DNA of 64,000 bases, taken from an uncultured Actinomycetes bacterium. GTDB lineage: Bacteria; Actinomycetota; Coriobacteriia; Coriobacteriales; Atopobiaceae. Below are positions 35,865 through 45,026 of this stretch, piece after piece; positions within the stretch are counted from its first letter, which is position 1, and each line of letters opens with the position of its first letter. The DNA is taken from contig OMTG01000021.1 in the NCBI GenBank assembly GCA_900313905.1, forward strand, positions 28,017 through 92,016, written 5' to 3'. The translations under genes were made by a program, and so were the position numbers. Under the pieces are notes generated by a model that worked only from the letters and a program-made list of their open reading frames with translations, had not been told where the DNA came from and searched no databases.

Positions 35865-37280
35865 GTGAGCGAGAAGAAGACCCAGGTAGCGGACATCAAC
35901 CGCTCCCTCTATGATTTCGTTATGCCGGAAGAGGGCTATGAGCGCTATGCCAATGGCCTGACGCCGGACATCGTCCGCGCCATCTCCGAGAAGAAGGACG
36001 AGCCGGAGTGGATGCTCCAGAAGCGCCTCGACGCGCTCGAGCTCTTCCAGGACATGAAGATGCCGGACAACTGGGGCCCCTCCATCGAGCATCTCGATAT
36101 GGACCACATCTCGACCTATGTGAACCCGAAGACGAAGCAGGCACGCAGCTGGGACGATGTGCCGAAGGACATCAAGGACACCTTCGAGCGCCTCGGCATC
36201 CCGCAGGCGGAGCGCGACAGCCTCGCAGGCGTCGGCGCCCAGTATGACTCCGAGATCGTCTACCACAACATGCGCGAGGAGGTCGCGAAGTACGGCGTCG
36301 TCTATACGACGATCGAGGACGCCCTCCACGATCCCAAGTGGGAGCCGGTCGTGCATGAGTACTTCGGCACGCTGATCCCGCCCCGCGACCACAAGTTCGC
36401 AGCCCTGCACTATGCCGTATGGTCGGGCGGCTCGTTCGTCTATGTGCCGGCAGGCGTCACGGTGGAGTACCCGCTCCAGAGCTACTTCCGCCTCAACGCC
36501 TCGGGCGCTGGCCAGTTCGAGCACACCCTCATCATCGTCGAGCCCGGTGCCAACCTCCACTTCATCGAAGGCTGCTCCGCCCCGAAGTACTATGAGGCGA
36601 ACCTCCATGCTGGCGCCGTCGAGCTCTTCGTGAAGGATGGTGCACATCTGCGCTATTCGACGATCGAGAACTGGTCGAAGAACATGTACAACCTCAACAC
36701 GAAGCGCGCCACGGTCGGCAAGGATGCGACGATGGAATGGGTCTCGGGCTCCTTCGGAAGCCATGTCTCCTACCTCTATCCGACGACCATCCTGGCAGGC
36801 GACCGCAGCCACTGCGAGTTCACGGGCATCACCTTCGCTGGCGCCACCCAGGACCTCGACACCGGCTGCAAGGTCGTCCTCAATGGCCGCGACACGACTG
36901 CCTCGGTCGAGACGAAGTCGATCTCCAAGGACGGCGGCATCAACACCTTCAGGAGCTCGGTCGTCGTCGGCAGGCATGCGGAGCGTGCCCGCGCCACGGT
37001 GTCCTGCCAGTCGCTCATGCTCGACGATATCAGCCGCTCCGACACGATCCCTGCAATGGACGTGCGCTGCAGCTCTGCTTCCGTCGGCCATGAGGCGACG
37101 ATCGGCCGCATCTCCGATGACACGGTCCTCTACCTGATGAGCCGCGGCTGCTCCGAGCAGGAGGCGCGCACGCTCGTCGTGAACGGCTTCGCCAACCCCG
37201 TGTCGAAGGAGCTCCCGCTGGAATACGCGGTCGAGATGAACAACCTGATCAAGCTCGAGATGGAAGGGGCGATTGGCTGA
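35865..37280 (+). CDS. sufB: Fe-S cluster assembly scaffold SufB
   Basis: GTG start. 471 aa with conserved SufB blocks (HYAVWSGGSFVYVP, EGCSAP, ISRSDTIP). Confidence 0.95.
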   Translation: MSEKKTQVADINRSLYDFVMPEEGYERYANGLTPDIVRAISEKKDEPEWMLQKRLDALELFQDMKMPDNWGPSIEHLDMDHISTYVNPKTKQARSWDDVPKDIKDTFERLGIPQAERDSLAGVGAQYDSEIVYHNMREEVAKYGVVYTTIEDALHDPKWEPVVHEYFGTLIPPRDHKFAALHYAVWSGGSFVYVPAGVTVEYPLQSYFRLNASGAGQFEHTLIIVEPGANLHFIEGCSAPKYYEANLHAGAVELFVKDGAHLRYSTIENWSKNMYNLNTKRATVGKDATMEWVSGSFGSHVSYLYPTTILAGDRSHCEFTGITFAGATQDLDTGCKVVLNGRDTTASVETKSISKDGGINTFRSSVVVGRHAERARATVSCQSLMLDDISRSDTIPAMDVRCSSASVGHEATIGRISDDTVLYLMSRGCSEQEARTLVVNGFANPVSKELPLEYAVEMNNLIKLEMEGAIG

Positions 37281-38383
37281 TGGCAGCACCTGCAGCAAAG
37301 CTTGCAACGCTTTCCCACATCAATGTTCCTCCTGCACAGACCTGGAACTACCTCAAGATCGACGAGACGTCGATGGAGGTGCCGGCCCCCAAGGTCACAG
37401 GCGACGTCTATGCCCGCCTCCCCCGCCTTTTCGATGGCATCGAGTGCGGCATCGGCGCTGAGGCCGTGAAGTGGATCGAGTACTCCGCCGGGGATGCTAC
37501 CTACATCGAGGTGCCCGCCCACCACGTGCGCGAGACGCCAATCGTCGTTGCGATCGATGCAGACAAAGGCGAGGTCGCAGATACCGGCGTGATGGTCCGC
37601 CACCATGCCTCCGCCATCATCGTTATGGTCACCTCGGGCGAGCAGGAGGCTGAGGCCACCTCGGCAAACCTCCTCCGCATCGTGGCTGAGCACGACGCAA
37701 AGGTCATGGTCCTCGAGTTCATGGCGGTCCCTGAAGGCCACCAGCATCTCGAAGGCCTCGGCATCCACGCAGACAGGCGTGCCCAGGTCGAGGTCCGCCA
37801 GTATGCGCTCGGCGGCCAGAAGGTGGCAGCCGGCCTTGCGACCGACCTTGCCCAGGATGAGGCACGCTTCACGCTCACGAGCCGCTATCTCGTTCGCGGC
37901 AACGAGAAGCTCGACCTCAACCATGTGGTGCGCCAGCGCGGCTGCAACACCCGCGCCGACCTTGCCGCCTCAGGACTCCTTGCCAACTCGGCCGAGAAGA
38001 CCATGCGCGAGACCATCGACCTCATCCACGGCGGCAAGGGCTCCAAGGGCAACGAGCTCGAGACCGTCCTTATCGACGGCGACGCTATCGTGAACAAGAC
38101 CCTGCCCGTCATCCTCTGCGACGAGGAGGATGTCCAGGGCAACCACGGCGCATCGATCGGCTCGATCAGCCCGGAGCAGGAGGCCTATCTTGCTGCCCGT
38201 GGCCTCGCAGGTGACGCGGTGCGCCAGCTTTTCGCGCGGGCCATCTTCGACGATGCGCTGATCCATGCACCGGAGGCCGCCTCCCGCAAGGCCCTCGGCA
38301 TCCGTGCCGGCGCGGTCCTCGGGAAGGATGCCTTCGAGGACGCCCTCGAAGGCCTTGAGATCGAGCAGGAAGAGGAGGCATAG
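37280..38383 (+). CDS. sufD: Fe-S cluster assembly protein SufD
   Basis: ATG overlaps the sufB stop (TGATG). C-terminal SufBD beta-helix blocks (NHGASIGSISPEQEAYLAARG). Confidence 0.9.
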   Translation: MAAPAAKLATLSHINVPPAQTWNYLKIDETSMEVPAPKVTGDVYARLPRLFDGIECGIGAEAVKWIEYSAGDATYIEVPAHHVRETPIVVAIDADKGEVADTGVMVRHHASAIIVMVTSGEQEAEATSANLLRIVAEHDAKVMVLEFMAVPEGHQHLEGLGIHADRRAQVEVRQYALGGQKVAAGLATDLAQDEARFTLTSRYLVRGNEKLDLNHVVRQRGCNTRADLAASGLLANSAEKTMRETIDLIHGGKGSKGNELETVLIDGDAIVNKTLPVILCDEEDVQGNHGASIGSISPEQEAYLAARGLAGDAVRQLFARAIFDDALIHAPEAASRKALGIRAGAVLGKDAFEDALEGLEIEQEEEA

Positions 38384-38385
38384 GA

Positions 38386-39639
38386 ATGGATACGTCCGAT
38401 ATCACCCAGAACCCCTACAAGAAGGATTTCCCCCTTCTTGCCTCCCATCCCGAGCTCTCCTTCCTCGACTCCGCTGCCACCGCGCAGCGCCCGGCAGCCG
38501 TGCTCGATGCAGAGCGGACCTTCTACGAGACGATGAACGCGAACCCGCTCCGCGGCCTCTACAAGCTCTCCGTCGAGGCCACCCAGGAAATCGATGCGAC
38601 CCGGGAGCATATCGCCCGCTTCATCGACGCCACCAATGAGAAGGGCGAGCCGCAGGGCTCCGAGATCGTCTTCACGCGCAATGCCTCCGAGGCCCTGAAC
38701 CTCGTTGCCTGGACGCTCGGCAAGCCGGTCCTGCACGAGGGCGATGAGGTCTGCGTCTCCATCATGGAGCACCATTCCAACATCATCCCCTGGCAGCAGG
38801 TCTGCCGCGAGACCGGCGCCAAGCTCGTCTATCTGCGCTTCGATGAGGGCTTCCGCTTCACGCCAGAGGAGATCGCCACGAAGATCGGGCCGAAGACGAA
38901 GATCGTCTCCGTCACCCAGGTCTCGAACGTCCTCGGCGTCGAGAACCCCATCGCCGAGATCGCAAAGCGTGCCCACGAGGTCGGCGCCTATATGGTCGTC
39001 GATGGCGCCCAGTCGGTCCCGCATATGAAGATCGACGTGAAGGCGATGGGCACAGACCTTCTGGCCTTCTCCGGCCACAAGCTTGGCGGCCCCATGGGCA
39101 TAGGCGTCCTCTGGGGCAAGGCGGATATCCTGGACAGCATGCCTCCCTTCCTCACGGGCGGCGAGATGATCGACTCCGTGACCGAGCAGGATGCCGTCTG
39201 GGCTCCGGTCCCGCAGAAGTTCGAGGCTGGCACCCAGGATGCAGCTGGCATCTATGCCACCGGTGCTGCAATCTCCTACCTCGAGGAGCAGGGCTTCGAT
39301 GCCCTGGAGAGCCGCGAGCGCGCGCTTGCCTCCTATCTTGCCGAGCAGCTCGAATCGCTTCCCTTCATCGAGATGGTGGGGCCGAAGGAGCCTGAGCGCC
39401 ATGTGAGCGCTGTCTCCTTCAATGTGCAGGGCATCCATCCGCATGATGTGGCATCGCTTCTCGATATGCGCAATGTCGCGATCCGTGCTGGCCATCACTG
39501 CGCCCAGCCGCTCCTGACCTACATGGGCATATCGAGCAGCTGCCGCGCCTCTGTCGCGTTCTACAATGACAAGGAAGACATCGACCGTCTGATCGACGGC
39601 CTCACGTTCGTTTGGCAGGTGTTCCATGGAAGCAACTGA
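38386..39639 (+). CDS. sufS: cysteine desulfurase SufS (class V aminotransferase)
   Basis: PLP lysine block FSGHKLGGPMGIGVL and catalytic Cys loop RAGHHCAQP. Confidence 0.93.
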   Translation: MDTSDITQNPYKKDFPLLASHPELSFLDSAATAQRPAAVLDAERTFYETMNANPLRGLYKLSVEATQEIDATREHIARFIDATNEKGEPQGSEIVFTRNASEALNLVAWTLGKPVLHEGDEVCVSIMEHHSNIIPWQQVCRETGAKLVYLRFDEGFRFTPEEIATKIGPKTKIVSVTQVSNVLGVENPIAEIAKRAHEVGAYMVVDGAQSVPHMKIDVKAMGTDLLAFSGHKLGGPMGIGVLWGKADILDSMPPFLTGGEMIDSVTEQDAVWAPVPQKFEAGTQDAAGIYATGAAISYLEEQGFDALESRERALASYLAEQLESLPFIEMVGPKEPERHVSAVSFNVQGIHPHDVASLLDMRNVAIRAGHHCAQPLLTYMGISSSCRASVAFYNDKEDIDRLIDGLTFVWQVFHGSN

Positions 39640-40090
39640 TCTCTACAATGCAGAATTCATCGACCACGTCGCCCATCCGGACTACAAATACCAGATGCAC
39701 GATCCCAGCATGAGCCACGAGGGCATCAACCCCTCCTGCGGCGACGACCTCGTGCTCTCGGTCAAGCTGGCCGACGATGGGACCATCAAGGAGGCTGCCT
39801 ACACAGGACATGGCTGTGCCGTAAGCCAGGCCTCTGCTGACATGATGAGCGACCTGATGGTCGGCAAGACCCCCGAGGAGGCCATCAGGCTCTGCGAGCT
39901 CTTCATGGACATGGTGACCGGCAAGGAGACGGATGACGCGAAGCTCGAGGAGCTCGACGAGGCCGCCACGCTGAAGTCGGTCTCCCACATGCCGGCGCGC
40001 GTCAAGTGCGCCGAGCTCTCTTGGAGGACCTTGGAGGAGATGCTCAAGGGCACGACCGACAAGGCGTCCACGACGGAGGACAAGGACTAG
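39626..40090 (+). CDS. sufU: SufU/IscU-type sulfur-transfer Fe-S scaffold protein
   Basis: NPSCGDD, GHGCAVSQAS and RVKCA Cys motifs. 14-nt overlap with sufS. Confidence 0.9.
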   Translation: MEATDLYNAEFIDHVAHPDYKYQMHDPSMSHEGINPSCGDDLVLSVKLADDGTIKEAAYTGHGCAVSQASADMMSDLMVGKTPEEAIRLCELFMDMVTGKETDDAKLEELDEAATLKSVSHMPARVKCAELSWRTLEEMLKGTTDKASTTEDKD

Positions 40091-40092
40091 CC

Positions 40093-40629
40093 ATGGCGGG
40101 AAACATGTTTTCCACCAAAGGCCGCTATGCCCTCCGGGCCATGGCCGATCTTGCAACCCATGAGGGATGGGTGTCTCTGGGCGACGTGTCCCGCCGCCAG
40201 GGCATCTCCCGCAAGTATCTCGAGCAGGTCATCGCGCTCATGCACAAGGCAGGCTATGTGGAGAGCCAGCGCGGCAAGGGCGGAGGATATCGCCTCACCC
40301 GCAAGCCTGAGGACTACACCCTGGGCGAGATTCTGCGTGCTGCCGAAGGCTCTTCGCTTGCCCCGGTCGCCTGCCTCGACTGTTCGACGGGCGACATCTG
40401 CAGCCGCCTTGCCGACTGCCCGACTGTGATGATCTACCGCGATCTCGGCAAGGTCACCTCGCAGTATCTCGACTCGAAGACGCTGAAGGACATCACCCTC
40501 TCAGCCGGCTTCACGAAGCTGACCCCTGAGGAGCTCGCCCTGCGCGAGGCCGAAGAGAAGCTCGATGAACGCGATGCGAAGAAGCAGGTTGGCAAGAAGG
40601 ACGGGAGCCCCCGCAGGCCTGCATGCTAG
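40093..40629 (+). CDS. Rrf2-family transcriptional regulator with a Cys cluster and a charged C-terminal tail
   Basis: STKGRYALRAMADLA and RRQGISRKYLEQV HTH. Cys ligand set CLDCSTGDICSRLADC. Start at 40093 or at the ATG at 40105 (MFSTKG). Confidence 0.85.
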   Translation: MAGNMFSTKGRYALRAMADLATHEGWVSLGDVSRRQGISRKYLEQVIALMHKAGYVESQRGKGGGYRLTRKPEDYTLGEILRAAEGSSLAPVACLDCSTGDICSRLADCPTVMIYRDLGKVTSQYLDSKTLKDITLSAGFTKLTPEELALREAEEKLDERDAKKQVGKKDGSPRRPAC

Positions 40630-40669
40630 CGAGGATGCCACCTGATCTCCAACCTGCCTAGGCAACACC

Positions 40670-40700
40670 ATGGCCACGGGTTCACCCCGTGGCCATTTTC
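40670..40700 (+). terminator. rho-independent terminator of the suf-rrf2 operon
   Basis: ATGGCCACGGG / CCCGTGGCCAT 11-bp stem followed by TTTC. Confidence 0.7.
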
Positions 40701-40730
40701 ATGCGCTCTCCCCTCCGGCCCATCCAGCAC

Positions 40731-40770
40731 AAGAAAAAAGAGGCGCGGGAGCACTTCGCTTCCGCGCCTC
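40731..40770 (-). terminator. rho-independent terminator of the NlpC/P60 gene
   Basis: GAGGCGCGG / CCGCGCCTC stem, followed on the minus strand by TTTTTTCTT. Confidence 0.75.
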
Positions 40771-40793
40771 TTCAGGCAGATCCTTGCCATTGC

Positions 40794-42131
40794 CTACCGG
40801 TAGGTGCCGACCATGTAATAGCCAGACCAGACCTTCTCGGTCCTGACGTAGGTTCCAGGATACGGAGCATGGAGAATCGTATTGTTGCCCACATAGATGC
40901 CGACGTGGCCGCTGTACCAGATCAGGTCGCCTGCCTGTGCCTGCGACAGCGATTCGCTCGTGAAGTAGTCCGTCTGTGCGCCTGCAGAGTGCGGCAGGGA
41001 GATGCCCGCCTGCGCGTAGCAATACATCGTCAGGCCAGAGCAGTCGAAGCCAGAGAAGGAAGCGCCACCATACACATACGGCACGCCGATGGCGCTATAG
41101 GCAGCGCTCAGGATCGCCGAACGCTGTGCACTCGTCAGCCCGCTCGAAGACGTGTTCGAAGACGTGTTGGACGAGCTGGAATTCTTGTTCGAGCTGGAAT
41201 TCGAGTTGCTGCTCGTGTTCTTGCTCGTGTTCTTGCTCGTGTTGTTGCTCGAATTGTTGCTGCTGCCACCATTGTTCGTATTGGTGTTCGAGCTGGTGTT
41301 GGTGTTGCTGCTGTTGTTGGTATTGGTGCTGGTGTTCGTATTGGCATTCGTATTGGAGCTGCCACCATTGTCGCTGCTTCCGCCATTGTCGGAAGCGCCC
41401 GTATCAGCCTGGGAAGCATTGTTCTGGGTGCTCTCGATGGCAGCCTCTGCATTCTGGCCAGCCGAAGCCGCTGCACTGGCAGCTGCCTCCTGGGCAGCCT
41501 GTGCCTGTGCGTCAGCCTCCGCCTGGACGGCAGCCTTCACCTCGTCGCTGAGCCCGTTCACATAGGCCTGCTGGTCAGCCACTTGGCTCTGCAGCGACTG
41601 GGTCTGGGCACTCTGCTGGTCGACGAGAGCCTCCTGCTGGCTCTTCTGGTCCTCGAGCTCAGACTGCTGCGCCTCGAGCTCAGATTGGAGCGTCTTCACT
41701 GTATTGATGGTCTCAGCATCGGACTCGGCCACCTTGTCAGCATAATAGACGCGCTCGAAGAGATCCTCGAAGCTGGTGGAATCAAGGACGAGCGAGAGCA
41801 CGCTCACGCCACCGGTCTTGTAGTTTGCGGAGACACGCTTGCTCAGGGTGTCCTGGGCAGCTGCAAGCTCGCTCTGCTTCTCGGCGATGTCGGAATTGAG
41901 CTGGTCGATCTTCGCGTTCGTGTCGTTCAGCTGCACCACCGTATTGTTGAGCTCCTCCTGGGAGGCAGCGAGCTGATAGCCAATCTCGGTGAGCTGCGAA
42001 TTAGCGGCGTCAAGCTCGGATTGGAGCGTTGCCGAATCCTCGGCAAGGGCGGGAACCGAAATCGCCCCGAGGGTACCGCCGAACGCCAGCACGGAGGCGA
42101 TTGCGAAAGCAACGGTCTTTCTGTGCGTCAT
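40794..42131 (-). CDS. secreted CwlO/PcsB-like peptidoglycan hydrolase: signal peptide, coiled coil, Ser/Asn/Thr linker, NlpC/P60 domain
   Basis: Start at 42131 (MTHRKTVAFAIA) with an AAAGGGG RBS. Signal peptide ending in ALA, and heptad-rich QSELEAQ repeats. NlpC/P60 triad context FDCSGL, GHVGIY, ILHAP. Confidence 0.88.
   Translation of the reverse strand: MTHRKTVAFAIASVLAFGGTLGAISVPALAEDSATLQSELDAANSQLTEIGYQLAASQEELNNTVVQLNDTNAKIDQLNSDIAEKQSELAAAQDTLSKRVSANYKTGGVSVLSLVLDSTSFEDLFERVYYADKVAESDAETINTVKTLQSELEAQQSELEDQKSQQEALVDQQSAQTQSLQSQVADQQAYVNGLSDEVKAAVQAEADAQAQAAQEAAASAAASAGQNAEAAIESTQNNASQADTGASDNGGSSDNGGSSNTNANTNTSTNTNNSSNTNTSSNTNTNNGGSSNNSSNNTSKNTSKNTSSNSNSSSNKNSSSSNTSSNTSSSGLTSAQRSAILSAAYSAIGVPYVYGGASFSGFDCSGLTMYCYAQAGISLPHSAGAQTDYFTSESLSQAQAGDLIWYSGHVGIYVGNNTILHAPYPGTYVRTEKVWSGYYMVGTYR
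41140..41410. repeat. imperfect short tandem repeats (mostly 12-nt units) encoding the S/N/T-rich linker of the NlpC/P60 protein
   Basis: Direct reads such as gaagacgtgttc x2, gagctggaattc x2 and gctcgtgttctt x2 followed by gctcgtgttgtt. These give SSNTNTSSNTNT / NTSKNTSKNTS peptide repeats. Confidence 0.8.
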
Positions 42132-42303
42132 GAAGCCCCTTTCGGTCGTCATTTCATGGACAGAGCCGGTCATGCCGGCCCCATGTCATAGAAGTACTTA
42201 AATCAGTCTAGCAGTTTCGGCCTGCGGTATACCTGTTGTTGCACAATTCAAATAATCACCCCAGGTATGCAGGAAATCTGTAAACAGCTCCGCAATCCCC
42301 CGC

Positions 42304-42347
42304 CAGAACAGAAGGAAGGGGCCGCATCCGGAGATGCAGCCCCTTCC
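42304..42347 (-). terminator. terminator after the aldolase gene
   Basis: GGAAGGGGCCGCATC / GATGCAGCCCCTTCC stem with one mismatch, followed on the minus strand by TTCTGTTCTG. Confidence 0.6.
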
Positions 42348-42366
42348 TGAATGGATGGGATACGAC

Positions 42367-43239
42367 TTACTCCCAGCCCTTGCCCACAGAACCGAACTCG
42401 GTCATGAGCTCCTTGGTGCGGTCGATGATGGCCTGCTTGCCAGGAGCGAGGAGCTTGCGCGGATCGTAGCCCTTGCCCTGCTGGTCCTTGCCGGCCTCGA
42501 TGTACTTGCGGGTAGCCTCAGCGAAGACTACCTGGAGGTCAGTATTGACGTTGACCTTGGAGACGCCGAGGGAGATGGCCTTCTTGACCTGGTCCTCAGG
42601 GATGCCAGTGCCGCCGTGGAGGACGAGCGGAAGATCGCCGACCTTCTCCTTGATGGCTGCGAGGGCGTCGAACTGCAGGCCCTTCCAGTTTGCAGGATAC
42701 AGGCCGTGGATGTTGCCGATGCCGCAGGCGAGGAAGTCGACGCCGAGGTCAGCAATGACCTTGCACTCCTCAGGATCTGCAATCTCGCCCATGCCAGTGA
42801 CGCCGTCCTCGGTGCCGCCGATGCCGCCGACCTCAGCCTCGATGGAGAGGCCCTTCTGGTGGGCGAGCTTCACGAGCTCCTTGGTGTGCTCGACGTTGAT
42901 GTCAAAGGTCTCCTCGTGGGAGCCATCATACATGATGGAGGTGAAGCCAGCATCCATGGCCTCGAAGCAGGCCTCATAGGTGCCGTGATCCAGGTGAAGG
43001 GCAACAGGAACCGTGATGTTCATGTTCTTCACGAGGTGGTTCACGATGGTTGCGACGACGTCGTAGCCACCCTGATACTTGGCTGCACCCATGGAGCACT
43101 GGATGATCAGCGGGGACTGCTCCTCCTCGGCTGCGGTCAGGATTGCCTGGGCCCACTCAAGGTTGTTGGTGTTGAAGGCACCAAGACCATAGTGGCCCTT
43201 CTCGGCGGACTGAAGCATGTGCGTTGCATTGACGAGCAT
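42367..43239 (-). CDS. fba: class II fructose-1,6-bisphosphate aldolase
   Basis: Start at 43239 (MLVNATHML) with a GGAGG RBS. Motifs LHLDHG, EAEVGGIGG and LVLHGGTGIP. Confidence 0.93.
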   Translation of the reverse strand: MLVNATHMLQSAEKGHYGLGAFNTNNLEWAQAILTAAEEEQSPLIIQCSMGAAKYQGGYDVVATIVNHLVKNMNITVPVALHLDHGTYEACFEAMDAGFTSIMYDGSHEETFDINVEHTKELVKLAHQKGLSIEAEVGGIGGTEDGVTGMGEIADPEECKVIADLGVDFLACGIGNIHGLYPANWKGLQFDALAAIKEKVGDLPLVLHGGTGIPEDQVKKAISLGVSKVNVNTDLQVVFAEATRKYIEAGKDQQGKGYDPRKLLAPGKQAIIDRTKELMTEFGSVGKGWE

Positions 43240-43583
43240 TCTAACCTCCGTTTGACGGAACTGGCAAAACACTTGCACATAGCAATATTACCGCTTTATC
43301 GCGTCCGCAGACGAAAAGGTGCCAGAGTGCATAAGTTTTCGCCAAATGGCCCATTTCCTGAATGCAGATGGCGCATAGGCGAATGGCTGCACAGCTTCCC
43401 TGCATCAGCATCTGAAAGCGGCTTCACCTTTTGTAGAGGTTTGCCGCTCGTTTCTGGGAGGAGTTGTAAAGGCTTCGCGCCCCTCACGCGAACGCCACAG
43501 ATCGTCTCTATACTGTCGTTCCCAATCCGAGAGGACACTCACCAACCTCATGCATCATGTTCGACTGACAGGGGGAATCACCT

Positions 43584-44882
43584 TTGACAGCAGCAAACAC
43601 CAATAGAAACGATCAGGCGACAAGGGCATACCGCGGACAGGGCCAGGCGAGGCCTGCGCAGGCCGCAGATGCGACCCAGGTCGTCAATGGAGGACGCAGG
43701 CAGGAGGCAGCGCCGCACAGCGCATCTTCCTACAGTGCAGACGAGACCGTCGTCGCACCAGGCGCCGTCCAGGCACGCCTCCGCCAGCAGCAGGCAGGCC
43801 GCGTCCAGACCAACGCCGGCCAGGGCAACCCGTACGGGGCGACCCGCAGCTACCGCCCGACCACATATGGCCAGGCTGGCTATGCGCAGGGCCCTGCTGC
43901 AGCCAGCGCTGCGCAGGACGCTTCTGCAGCAGAGAAGAAGGGCATCTTCGGCGACCTCTCTGGCGCCCAGGTCATCGCCACGGCCCTCGCAGCCGTCACC
44001 TCGACCTTCCTCTCCTCCCAGATCGGCATCGTCGGTGGCCTCATCGGCGTCGGCCTCGGCGCTGCAGCCTCCGCCATCGTCACATCGCTCTACAAGACGC
44101 TCATCTCCCGCTCCGCAGAGAAGCTCAAGAACCTGGGCCAGAAGAACCAGGAGCAGATCGCAGGCGTGATGGACTCCTCCGAGCTCGATGACTACGAGAT
44201 CGGGCCGGACGGCACCCGCATCGCCTCCGAATCCATGCGCGAGGCCGCCAGCCAGCAGGACAAGCGCCAGAAGCGCATCGCTGTCATTATCGCCACCGTC
44301 GCCGCCATCGTCGCCGTTGCGATCGGCGCAGCTGTGATCAACACCGCGACCGCCGGCAATGGCCTCGGCACCAAGACGACCTTCGTCGCCTCTGCCCCGA
44401 CCCAGGAGGAGACGGACAGCAAAACGACTGACGAAGCAGCCGACACCAAGCAGGATGCAGCCACCACAGACGACACATCCTCCACGGACTCCTCGACCTC
44501 CACGGACAAGAGCTCCTCGAGCACGGGCTCCTCGACGAGCAGCAAGAGCAGCACGAGCGACAGCACATCGAGCTCCTCCAAGGATTCTGGCACCTCCACG
44601 AAGAGCTCTTCGGACACGACGGGCACGAGCTCATCCTCGAACACCGGCTCCACATCCTCGAGCTCGGATACCTCGTCCAAGAACAGCTCTTCGGGCACGA
44701 GCAGCACGAACTCCTCGAACTCAGGCACCTCGGGAACCTCGGGCTCCGGCACCTCGGGCACCGGCTCGACGGACTCCAGCTCCACAAGCTCGAAGTCAGG
44801 CAGCACGGACACCTCGGGCACGAGCACTTCCTCGCAGGGCACCAGCTCTTCCAGCTCCACGACGGGCTCTGCAAGCGAATAG
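43584..44882 (+). CDS. membrane protein with a disordered N-terminus, TM segments and a ~180-aa mucin-like Ser/Thr-rich C-terminal tail
   Basis: TTG start 7 nt after an AGGGGGA RBS. Hydrophobic segments VIATALAAVTSTFLSSQIGIVGGLIGVGLGAAASAIV and IAVIIATVAAIVAVAIGAAVI. The tail is almost exclusively S/T/G/D/K. Confidence 0.7.
   Translation: MTAANTNRNDQATRAYRGQGQARPAQAADATQVVNGGRRQEAAPHSASSYSADETVVAPGAVQARLRQQQAGRVQTNAGQGNPYGATRSYRPTTYGQAGYAQGPAAASAAQDASAAEKKGIFGDLSGAQVIATALAAVTSTFLSSQIGIVGGLIGVGLGAAASAIVTSLYKTLISRSAEKLKNLGQKNQEQIAGVMDSSELDDYEIGPDGTRIASESMREAASQQDKRQKRIAVIIATVAAIVAVAIGAAVINTATAGNGLGTKTTFVASAPTQEETDSKTTDEAADTKQDAATTDDTSSTDSSTSTDKSSSSTGSSTSSKSSTSDSTSSSSKDSGTSTKSSSDTTGTSSSSNTGSTSSSSDTSSKNSSSGTSSTNSSNSGTSGTSGSGTSGTGSTDSSSTSSKSGSTDTSGTSTSSQGTSSSSSTTGSASE
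44440..44879. repeat. low-complexity DNA (agc/acg/tcc-rich) encoding the Ser/Thr tail
   Basis: Read directly from the sequence. It also generates long spurious antisense ORFs (44192..45082 and 44338..45045). Confidence 0.8.
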
Positions 44883-44907
44883 CCCGGCACATATCTCCAG
44901 CGTCTTC

Positions 44908-44940
44908 GAAGGGGCAGCATCCAGGCGATGCTGCCCCTTC
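44908..44940 (+). terminator. perfect 14-bp hairpin after the Ser/Thr-rich gene, with no U-tract
   Basis: GAAGGGGCAGCATC-caggc-GATGCTGCCCCTTC. Very similar in sequence to the hairpin at 42314-42347. Confidence 0.55.
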
Positions 44941-45026
44941 CCCTATCGGGGCGCACCTGCACGCCTCTCTCCGATATGGCACAATACCTGACGGACAACG
45001 TATCAATCTTCGACGGAAAGGAAGCC

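Noticed and set aside
42132-42310. A possible c-di-AMP (ydaO-type) riboswitch upstream of the NlpC/P60 hydrolase. The minus strand carries GCGGGGGA, GGGGUGAUU, CCGAAAC, GCUAGAC and UAAGUAC in the same order as elements I recall from the Bacillus ydaO leader.
   Set aside because: I could not build the P1 helix or the pseudo-twofold helices, and the ACCC partner elements are missing. The segment begins immediately at the fba terminator, so the promoter must lie inside it, and the matched AT-rich words are equally well explained as promoter elements. Infernal with RF00379 would settle the question.
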